From Octopus bimaculoides (lineage: Eukaryota): 63,454 nt of DNA. Of this stretch, positions 52,746 to 63,454 are shown piece by piece (the first letter of the stretch is position 1; each line of letters starts with the position of its first letter). The notes beneath the pieces were generated by a model. That model ran no database searches and was not told the DNA's origin. It was given only the letters and a program-made list of their open reading frames with translations. The stretch is from assembly GCF_001194135.2 (NCBI RefSeq), contig NC_069006.1, positions 18,819,730-18,883,183 of the forward strand, read 5' to 3'. Position numbers and translations under genes: made by a program.

Positions 52746-54717
52746 GCCTATGGTATATTTTATACCCTATGTATATTTATATTCGTGCCACTATCTGTGT
52801 CGTTTGTTTTCGTCACTGTCCTCACTGTTCACTCACTATTCCCAGCAGTTTTTCACTGATGACGCCATCAGGAATGAACAACATTATCGTTAAAGGCGTG
52901 AAATTGNNNNNNNNNNNNNNNNNNNNNNNNNNNNNNNNNNNNNNNNNNNNNNNNNNNNNNNNNNNNNNNNNNNNNNNNNNNNNNNNNNNNNNNNNNNNNN
53001 NNNNNNNNNNNNNNNNNNNNNNNNNNNNNNNNNNNNNNNNNNNNNNNNNNNNNNNNNNNNNNNNNNNNNNNNNNNNNNNNNNNNNNNNNNNNNNNNNNNN
53101 NNNNNNNNNNNNNNNNNNNNNNNNNNNNNNNNNNNNNNNNNNNNNNNNNNNNNNNNNNNNNNNNNNNNNNNNNNNNNNNNNNNNNNNNNNNNNNNNNNNN
53201 NNNNNNNNNNNNNNNNNNNNNNNNNNNNNNNNNNNNNNNNNNNNNNNNNNNNNNNNNNNNNNNNNNNNNNNNNNNNNNNNNNNNNNNNNNNNNNNNNNNN
53301 NNNNNNNNNNNNNNNNNNNNNNNNNNNNNNNNNNNNNNNNNNNNNNNNNNNNNNNNNNNNNNNNNNNNNNNNNNNNNNNNNNNNNNNNNNNNNNNNNNNN
53401 NNNNNNNNNNNNNNNNNNNNNNNNNNNNNNNNNNNNNNNNNNNNNNNNNNNNNNNNNNNNNNNNNNNNNNNNNNNNNNNNNNNNNNNNNNNNNNNNNNNN
53501 NNNNNNNNNNNNNNNNNNNNNNNNNNNNNNNNNNNNNNNNNNNNNNNNNNNNNNNNNNNNNNNNNNNNNTATATATATTAGGGTGTCCCGTTTTTAGGAT
53601 TAAAATTTTTCTGACTGCATCATTGTCTTGTGTCGTGCCAGTCGATGAAAAAATGCGGTATACAAAGTGACAAGGCTCTGAAACAATTTTTGTGGCTACA
53701 AAAGTTGACAATATGAGTATTTTGGGAGTCAAAAATGGCCATATTTATTGTGTTTGTGTAGTGTCAAGTCGAAAGGTACCTGTCTCATGTGGATCTAAAT
53801 TATGCTAGAAAATTATGGTGCAAGTGCATAATTTATTTTTAATGATTTTATGGCAAGCACAATTTAACGTAGTTGGCGAAACTTCTTTAATTGTAAATCA
53901 ATAACAGCCTTCCAAGATATATGTTTTAATATACTTTTAAAGTATTATAATACAAGTTGTACTATAAAAAGAACCCTCAGTACATACCTATTCAGCTGAT
54001 TTTTAACAGGAAATATTATGACTAAATGTTCATTGTTCACTTAGCACTTAAGCATGGGAAACCCTGCTGAAATATTTGAAATACATTCAACTGCCGTTCC
54101 AAGCACCCCCAGGAGGCTGCAGTTCAGGCTCCTTACCCTTTTGTTCATGTGGAGGGTTCCCTTGTTCTTTGCTATTCATGGTTGTTCAACATCTAGTTGA
54201 TGTGATTATCAGATTTAAAAAATTTAGTCAACCGTGTAACTTTACGCTTGTTATAAAGTCGTTAGAAATGAGTTTTACATTTGCACCATAACTTTCTAGC
54301 ATAATTTAGATCCGCATGAGACTTATGAAACAAACATTAAACAGATACCTTTCAATTTAACACTACACAAGCACAATAAAAATGACCAAGAGAAAAACGC
54401 ATTTTTTTTCATCTTCAGGAGACTTGTGTTGTCACAAAATTGTTTTGGAGCCCTGTCCCTTTGTACACCTCATTTTTTCATCCACTGGCACCACACAAGA
54501 CAACGGTGTAGTCATAAAAAATTTTAACCCTGAAAACGAGATACCTTAATATATGTGTGTGTGTGTGTGTGCGTGTAGGTGTTTTAATATTTTGTTAAGG
54601 CATTGCTGGTATAGCATTCAATATATGTATGCTCCTGAACGAAGCGTTAGTCGGATACAGAGGGATAATAAGAAAAGATATGACAAAGGATTAAACGATT
54701 ATCTTATGAACTTCATT

Positions 54718-54798
54718 AGCTTACAGCTGTTTCTGCTATAAGATGCGGTGAACTCATAGTTGAGTGCCTGAGTAACACCTTACAGTTTCATCAGAGCC
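54718..54798 (-). ncRNA. Type I hammerhead-ribozyme-like motif (palindromic stem III, long stem II)
   Basis: GGCT-CTGATGA-AA-CTGTAAGGTG...CATCTTATAG-CA-GAAA-CAGCT-GTA-AGCT. Confidence 0.5.
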
Positions 54799-57248
54799 TC
54801 AAACAAGATAATCGCTCATTCATTTGTCGTCTCTTTTCTTATATATGTGTGTATGTATGTGTATGTGTATACACACACACACACACACATATTTGATAAC
54901 AGTTTGATCCAGCTCAATATGATAAAGTTTCGTAGGCACCTACGACACATCCATCTCATCACATAACAGGATGTATGTGTGGATGGGGGAGGGGGTTATA
55001 TAAGGTAAATGCATAACTGGGCAAAAACTCCAGAGATGTAAAAAAAAAAACTCAGTCAATATAAAAACAGAGTATATTAGAAAGGCTAATTTAAGCTGAA
55101 ATAACATGGAATGCGATATTTAGTTTCATGTTTTACCGATTTTCCATCAATTAGTTTAATAAATGAGTCAATTTTGTGCTTATACACCGTATAAATTACA
55201 AAAGCCATTGAATGAACTCATTAACTATATAAAACTATTTGATGTAGTCGAAATATTTTTATATAAGTCCATCAGTCATTCGTTCGCTTGCCTTTTTGCC
55301 ATATAGCAGCAAAACAAAAAAAATGTGTTATTATATTTACGGTAACCGAAAAAATATTTCGACATTTTTTTTAGAGCGTGAATGATTGTCATGCATCAAT
55401 ATGATTTTCAGTTGTTAGACAATCCAAAGTTTTTTTCGTCAAATATTAACATAATTGTGTTAATATGTGAGGACAAAAAGATCTCAATTGCGAACATTTG
55501 AAACTTTATAAAACAGGATAGCCATTCCTTCTGAGGCAAAGACCACAAACTTTGTGACCTTGCCAATAAAATTTGGCATATTGCAAAGGATTTTATAGTC
55601 ATGATATATTTTGATAAACTTTTGTTCAAAAGATCTTCTGAAAGGGTGCTGATGCCACATAAAAAGCACTGATGATGGTGCACCCAGTATACTCTGTAAA
55701 ATAGTTGGCGTTAGGAAGGGCATCGAGTCGTAGAAACCAAGCCAAAACAGACTATAGAACCTGATGCGGCCCTGGCCTTGCCAGTTCCTGTCAAGCCGTC
55801 CAACCCATGCCAGCGTCGAAAATAGACGTTAAATGATGATGATGATGATGATGATGATGATGTAGATAGTGATTAAATCGTCCTTAACATTTATTTTCAG
55901 TTACCCCAATACAAGTTTTCATCACTGGATTTTCCACTGTAAATACTTCTGCCCAAAAAACTACCAATTTCGAACGACATAAATTATTTAACACCAGCAA
56001 TCTACAAGATTAAGACAGTGAAATGAGTCGGGTCTATTAGACTAGGAGGTTGTTTAAGATTTTGACCATTGATGAGTATTGAAAAATTATGTCTATGAGC
56101 ATAACCTAAACGTGATATTACTTCTATCAGAAAAATTTTATCCTTGATCCTTAACTTGTTTCAATCATTGGACTACGGCCATTATGGGGCATCCGTTGAT
56201 ATTTGTAATTCTTTAAAAAAACATCTATCTTATAAGCAAAAGAAATGTTTTGCTATATATACATGTATTTTATTGAACAAAGCATCGAATCAAATGGCTT
56301 CAAGTTTTCTATATTTTTTAAGTAACTGAAGTTTTTACAAGCGATGCGTCTTTTTTTTTTGTTTTTTTTTTAGTGTCTGAAGTTTTTACGTGTTTGGCAT
56401 GCCTGGTAATTCTGCGTTTTATAGTTTCTCTTTTTTTGTGTGTATATTTTTGCGTATTTTTATGTTTTATCTGGCACATAAAAATATTTTAACGTGTTTT
56501 ACAGTTTCTGTTTTTGCATGTCTGAGATTTTTACATGTTTAACGTGTTATAATTTTTTTACGCTCTACTTTTGCGCAAAGAAACATAATTGCTAATAAAG
56601 AAGAGTTAATATCACATGATAAATTGAGATAAAACAGTAACAACAACAGCAAAAACAAACAAATCTTTGACTATCTCATGATAGAAAACTAGCATGAACG
56701 CAGTCCAACGTCTGGAACAAGTGAAATATAAAAGAAGCACAGTAAATATTTAGTTGTAAACGGCGCAATACACATGATATGATAATTAGTACAATAAACA
56801 TGTAGTTGTAGACAGTGAAATAAACTTGTACTAAACAGTGCAGTGAACATGTGGTTGTAAACGTCGAAATAATCATATAGTAAACGTGGTAAACGTGTTT
56901 CTAAAGACACATTATTGTTCTCAATAAACGATGAATAAAAGTAAACATACATATTTACAGTAAACAGTAAGCTTACATCAACGTTGCAAACACGGAATAG
57001 ACAGTTCAGTACAAAATAAACATACTTCAATAATGTAAACACTGTACAGAAATCACTCTGTAATACATATTATACTGCAGACAACGTATTGTATAGAATG
57101 TACTATAATCTACACGGTGCCTTAGACACTACTATAACCTATACTGTATATACTACTCTTTCCCCACCCTACTCTTGCAGAGGTAAAAGAACATCAACTG
57201 TGATAAAGGCCAAATGTACAACCTATTACTCAAAACCATGCCATTAAT

Positions 57249-57355
<107 letters not shown>

Positions 57356-58147
57356 CAAATCTTCACAGTAGGACAAGATAGAAATGAACAGAAGTGAAAA
57401 CGATAAATAGAAACAGATCCCACCATTCCTCAACTACTCCCCACCACCACAACCACCAAATGAGAGCAAACATGTAAAATCCCTTCATCAGCCGTCGTCT
57501 GAATATCATAGCGATTTCGACACAGACGTGTACGTAGGTGCATAGTGATCTTCTGTTTTATGTACGTAAAATGAAAGGTAAGAAAGTGAAAGGTAAATAA
57601 CTACCTTACTATTTACACGCGAAGCCACAGTTTATCATGTAGAAAAAATGACGCCGAGTAAATTCTCGTAAGGTGAGAAAAAAATTGTCTGAAGTCCCAT
57701 GCATGGTGTGATATTTAGTTTTAGCGAAACACCATGTCTCGTCTACTGTGATCCTATATACTGTGGTATCGTTCAGATTCATGAATTAAAGGTTCTTGTT
57801 TACAGTATAGTCCAGCTGTTATTTCTATACACAGAATGAAAGACAGCCATATATATGTATGTGTGTGCTTGTGTGATGTTTGTATGTATATAGCGGGATG
57901 TGAGTGTGTATATATACGTAGACGCATACATACATACATACATGAGCATGTCTAGATATGCAACTATGTGCATGAGAGTACATAAAGCAAAATATACAAA
58001 TGTGCCCATATACATACATACATACATACATACAAACAAAAATACCCTGTTGTTGATGCTGAAATTCCAATGAAGGAGCCTTGAATCTAGGTTAGAAACC
58101 GACTCTTTCTCCATTGACAAGAAATCTTGAAATAAAACTGTATAACA

Positions 58148-58178
<31 letters not shown>

Positions 58179-58496
58179 CTTTTGCTTGTTTCCGTCTTGA
58201 GACTGTGGACATGCTGGGCACCGTCTTGAAGGGTTTTAGTCGAACGAATCGACCCCACTACATATTTTCTAAAGCCTGGTACTTATTCTATCCGCCTTTT
58301 AGCCGAACCGCTAAGTTAAGGGAGCATAATCAAAGTGACACTAGTCAAACAAACGGTGGTGAAGGATAAACACACACACACATACACAACGGTCTTCTTT
58401 CAACTTCCGTCAACCAACTCCATTTACAAGGCTTTGGTCGGCTCGGAGCCTTAGCAGTGGTTGTGAAGCAGACTTCTTACCACACAGATACGCCTG

Positions 58497-58532
<36 letters not shown>

Positions 58533-58636
58533 TACTGTACTGTAATCTAGACTAGATTGAAAGTCTATACTGTAGGAATTTACGAAAAGTAATGAAACTN
58601 NNNNNNNNNNNNNNNNNNNNNNNNNATGAAACTAAC

Positions 58637-58830
58637 CTGTGTTGTGGTTTGTCCCCGGAAGTGACTCACAGCCGTCCGCGCTGTCCCCACGGTCGAGTGG
58701 CCCTCCGAAACGCTGCCGACGCGTCTCGCTGGATGTGGCCCCTCTCTGTTTCCATAGAAACCGTAGTGAAGCCGGCAGGAGATTGAGATTTTCGGCATGC
58801 CGAGTTTACTGTGCTGCGACTCAATACATC
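58637..58830 (-). promoter_or_regulatory. CpG/GC-rich island: candidate promoter and 5' exon
   Basis: CCGGAAGT (ETS-like, 58655-58662) overlaps TGACTCA (AP-1, 58662-58668). GTTTCCATAGAAAC (RFX X-box-like) at 58748-58761. Minus-strand donor CAG|GTTAGT at 58637/58636. Confidence 0.4.
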
Positions 58831-59783
58831 ATCCTGCCGTGTCTACCAGGTGTTCCATGTGATCCGGGTAGTAGTAGTGTCTTAAGGCTTGGGCACACTG
58901 GGCACTTGCCCGGGGCCCTCACAAGCCTAGGGCCCCAATACTTATCTATGTATGCAGTAGTTTGCTTTCGGTAAATAAATAAATATAGGGTCCAGTGCAT
59001 TGATTTGTCCAGGGGCCTATATTGCTGATAAGACGGTTCTGCGTAGTAGTAGGAGGAGGAGGGGAGGAGGATTGGTGGTGTTTTGGTGATGGCAGTGGCG
59101 TGGTGGAGATTGACAGGAAATTGGATCGAGACGCAGTGTTAAGCAGTTGAAATGTTGGTATTGCTATAGTGTAGTAGAGATGATGGTTCTAAGAGTGGTA
59201 GCGCTGGTGATCTTCGTTTCTGCATCGGCGGCGGCGGCGGCGGCGGTGGTGGTGGTGGTGGTAGTCGGGCGACGGCGGCGGGAACAACACCCTCCTTGTG
59301 TACAGTGGCAACAGTTGATGTTAATGTTGATGCTATTTGCCTTTGTTGATGCTGAAAGTTATTTTTGATGTTGTCTACACTGATGTTGTTATTGTTGTCA
59401 GTATTATTAATGGCAGTGGTAGTGGTGCTACTGGCAGTAGAGGTGGCTGGGTACGTAGTATTATTGACGTTGTTGTTGTTCTTTGTTTTGCCCCAGGTCA
59501 ACCTAGGTCGAGCAGACGTATCATCGAAGACATTCCAGCTGTGGTCATATCACGCAAAATAAACCCATCTTGTACAATAATCCAACGTATATCTGTTTTT
59601 ATCTTAAAATGTAAGCTAATGGGGATTTAGCTGTTATATTTAGCAGATCGAGCGACCACGTGTAACCAGTTCGTTAGCTTGTTTTCACGTGTAGTTGTTG
59701 TTGATGTTGTTGTTGCTGGTGGTGGTGGTGTTAGATGTTGGTATTGGTGACACAGTGTTGACGGATTGGAACAAATCTGCATC

Positions 59784-59817
<34 letters not shown>

Positions 59818-60866
59818 CTGTTGTAGTTAGTGGTGGGTATAGTCTTGGTAGTCGTCAGTGGTGGTGGGTACCACACCGAGAGTGGTGGTGGTCATCGGTG
59901 ATTGTCAGTGTTGTTATTGTTGTTGTAGCTAGTTTCTGCGATGGGAGTTGAACAACTGACAAAAATATTAGCTGAGACAGTTGTGATGGTAGTGGTGGCG
60001 GTGTCAAAGTGCGTGGGTGGGGCAAAGAGACACTTGTGAAACTAGTAGTAGTAACAGCGACAGCGGACGTTAAATTTAAAGGTGGGAGAGGTGCAGCAAT
60101 TGCACGTTTCTTCTTCGTCTTCTTGTTCTATTACAACGACCACTACTCTTATAGCTTGTTTTTCTTCTATTCTTTCTTCTTCTACTACTACAACTTTTTC
60201 TCCACCCGCCTTTTACGCTCCCTCTCTCGTTATTCTTCTTTCTCCTCGTCCTCCATTTCCAACTGCCCTCTTCTCCTCCCCCTGCCATTCCCTTTATATC
60301 TCCTCCTCCTACTCTGCCTTTCCTTATCCTCCCTTTATTTACCCTCCTCCTTCCATATTGCCTCACGTTCCTCCTACTCCTGTCAAAATTATCGTTAATT
60401 CTTTATCCTCCTTCTCCTTCTCTTCTTCTTCCACCTCCTCCCCTCCTCCCCATTCTATCTACTGTTTCTTCTAGTCTTTTCATTTTTTTACTTATTTCAT
60501 TGTTTGCTTTCTTCCCATTATTTTCTATCCACTTCTCTCCTCCACCTCCACCTCATCCTACCTCCTCCTCCTCCGATCTATCTGCTGTTTGTTTTCCTTC
60601 TCTCCTTCCGTACTTTTACTTTGTTTCAGTCATTTGACTGCACCTCCTTCCAGGTTTTTTTTTTTTTTTTTCAAGCGAACAAACCGACTCCAGTTCTATC
60701 GATCTAAGTTACGGGGGACATAAACAAACTAACACCAGTTGTCAAACGGTCGGAGGGGGGAACACACGGACAGGCACACACACACACACATATACACGGT
60801 GATAGAGAGAGAGAGAGAGAGAGCGCGGGGCGGGTAGCCTGCTTCTATTCAAGGCTCGACCATTTC

Positions 60867-61085
60867 TTAGGTGTGCTTTTTCCGTGTATGAGCACGTAAG
60901 TGGCTTTTGAGTCCCGAAAGGTGTTTGAAATTTGCATTACAAACGGTGTAAATACGTTTCACCTTATGTGACATAGTGCTGTATGTCCTGCCTGATTTAT
61001 GGATATTTAATTGTCGTTTGAGTCCAGCGCGGGACTTACAAATATGGCATACGATCGTGTCAGCTTGAATAATCTCAGAACTCAT
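60867..61085 (-). pseudogene. Two degenerate C2H2 fingers; probably an RTE LINE C-terminus or a ZNF fragment
   Basis: CHICKSRAGLKRQLNIH and YTVCNANFKHLSGLKSHLRAH; no TGEKPY linker. Confidence 0.45.
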
Positions 61086-61157
61086 TAGAAGACGAGTTCC
61101 GAAAAGTGAATGAAGTTAAACTATACTGAATTCCAATCTAGAGATGGACTGGTCATT

Positions 61158-61194
<37 letters not shown>

Positions 61195-63416
61195 GTCTGG
61201 GGGCTTTGGTGGAAGACACGTGATCCAGGCACCACGCAGTGGATCTGACCAGATGCATAGCAAGGTTCTAAAGCTAGGGGGAACGAACACATGAAAAAAA
61301 AAAAAAAAAAGGCGCTGTGGCACAAACAATTTTTAACTCATTACTTTATATTACGCGAAATATTTCATTATTTATAACATATGTAATTGTATTCTACAGT
61401 CATGTTTAAGTAACGATGTCATTATGTATGAAATTCCAACTACTGATATAGGTGTGACGTGAAAAACATGATGAAAAGGCGGGGAGCTGGCAGAAACGTC
61501 TGTCTTTACGTTCTGAGTGTAAATTCCGCCGAGGCCGACTTTGCCTTTCGTCTTTTCGGGGTCGATAAATTAAGTACTAGTTGCGTACTGGGGTCGATCT
61601 AATCGACTGGCCCCCTCCCCCCAAATTTCAGGCCTTGTGCCTAGAGTAGAAAAGAAAACCATGATGAAACTCCATTGGATCGTCTAGTATCGAGAGTTTA
61701 TAATGTCTGGGTTCGTTTTGGTTCTTTAGATGTCATCGGCCACCAACATATCGCAGTAGATTGAGCAGACAGTACAAAAACACGCGAGGTTGGTCAAAGT
61801 AATGCCTCCAGAAAGTTCATCCAAGGCCATGCGATTAACAAAGAGAGAGAGAGAGAGAGATTCAATTTTTATCGCACAAGTAAATTAACTGTTGAAAAGG
61901 CGCCAATTTTGAAAAATGTTCTCGGAGGGAGCGGTCGTCCCTCTCACTCCCCTCGCCAGTTTTGAAAAATGTTCTCGGAGGAAGCGGTCGNNNNNNNNNN
62001 NNNNNNNNNNNNNNNNNNNNNNNNNNNNNNNNNNNNNNNNNNNNNNNNNNNNNNNNNNNNNNNNNNNNNNNNNNNNNNNNNNNNNNNNNNNNNNNNNNNN
62101 NNNNNCCCTCTCTCCCCTATTAGCTACATCACTGGGACTGGTACCAAAGCCTCATGATTGGGAAGCAAGCTTCTTATCACACAGCTATGCCTTCGCATAA
62201 TGTTTCCCCCCCCCCTTTTTATATACCGGTCTTCCAACTATTTCTTCTACTCTTCTCATAATTCTTTCTCTACTATTCTTCCTAGTAACTGCTTTGCAAT
62301 ATCTCCTCCTCCTCCTCTTTCTTCCATGCTGTACTCTACATAACCACCACCACTACCTATCTCACCAGTCACAGTAAAACAGTGATTGCTGGATCCAAAA
62401 GCCGTGGCACCTGGTTGCCGACACCCTCCAGCCAATAATCGTTGTTGATGGTGGTGGTCTTTGTAGTGAAGCAGAGAAAATCGGCAATGGTATTGTTATT
62501 GTTGGTATGGCGATTGCTAGAACTAAATGCTGTGCTGCTGATGCATCAAACTGCTGAAAAACTCCAGCCTGCAACTGTTGGTGCACATCGACCATTAGTT
62601 TGGGAGACATTGGTGGTGGATTTGGTAGTGAAGCGCAGACTGCTGGTCAGATTGTTGTTGTTATGGTGATGGTTATGGGTGGGAGTGATAGTCACGGTGG
62701 TGGTGGTGGTAGCGATCAATCCTTGTTTATAAACTAATCCCAGTAATAAAGCTGTCAACTTTGCCTTACACCTTGCAGCCCTTAATTCTCTCGCAACCCT
62801 TAAAAGAACACCTTTTTTCCTTCTCCACCCTGTTTTTCTTCATCATCTCCTCCTCCTCCTTTCCCTCCTCCTATTTCTTCTTATATTTCTTTTTCTCTTC
62901 GTCGTCGTCCTCCTCCATTGACTATCATTACCCTCATCACCATCCTCATCATCATCATCATCATCAACATCTTCCACATTGTTCCTTACTGCCCACTTCT
63001 TCCATTCCTCTTCCTGTTCTTCCATCTGATTTACTTCCTCTTTCTCTTCCACTTCTCCACACATCCCTGCACCTCCATAATGGCGATCAATAGGACATTG
63101 ATCAGGAAATCGATCGATATGTTCCTGATAAGCGGGATCGATTCTCCTCAGAAGGGAGGAAAAAAGCGGCCACAATAGTAGTAGTAGTAGTAGTAGTGAT
63201 GGTTATACGACTACCTTTGGATGCAGGTCAGGTGTACTCTTTGTACTCCATGACTACCCCGACGACATACACTACTGCCACCCCCATCACCACAACTACA
63301 GCCACTCCCACTACACCAACGTTACTGCCGTCTATACTGTTCCGCTTCCATATCCAGCGCTGTAACCACTAATACTACTACAAACTCCACAACAGATACT
63401 TCTACCAGAAACACCA

Positions 63417-63454
<38 letters not shown>

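Noticed and set aside
54060-55720. Short unique-looking frames that might be upstream exons of the Ig gene
   Set aside because: I found no stop-free frame bounded by convincing AG/GT sites in phase 1; they may be decayed transposase sequence.
57470-57525. Minus-strand GAAA...CTGATGA (type II hammerhead order)
   Set aside because: Stems I and II do not pair.
61910-61990. 31-bp direct repeat with a ~22-bp spacer, superficially CRISPR-like
   Set aside because: Only two copies are visible before a gap, in a eukaryotic context with no cas genes. It is probably a collapsed tandem repeat or MITE end.

Overview
AT-rich, microsatellite- and TE-dense eukaryotic DNA with 8 assembly gaps. The tRNA-headed SINEs, Dong/R4, RTE, Tc1/mariner and (TA)n/(CA)n content point to a coleoid cephalopod, probably Octopus (inference). 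The main gene is on the minus strand, and its splice chain is phase-consistent: a large Ser/Cys-rich exon (42297-41185 or 41107), two I-set Ig exons (39718-39419, 37413-37126), a 677-nt exon with ten tandem 7-aa repeats (33176-32500) and a probable terminal exon (10099-10016). From Met 42280 this gives about 814-840 aa. It resembles a small titin/UNC-89-like intracellular Ig protein, but I cannot name it. A CpG-rich island with ETS, AP-1 and X-box motifs and a minus-strand donor (58637) is a candidate promoter or first exon. CpG density shifts sharply at about 43.2-43.7 kb, consistent with a gene-body methylation footprint. The best leads are two hammerhead-like motifs, a pseudoknot at the 5' end of a Dong/R4 remnant, two long intronic hairpins near acceptors, reciprocal Cys loss in the Ig pair, the heptad repeat and an X-box-like array. 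I found no convincing wholly new biological system. TE boundaries are approximate and were judged by eye.
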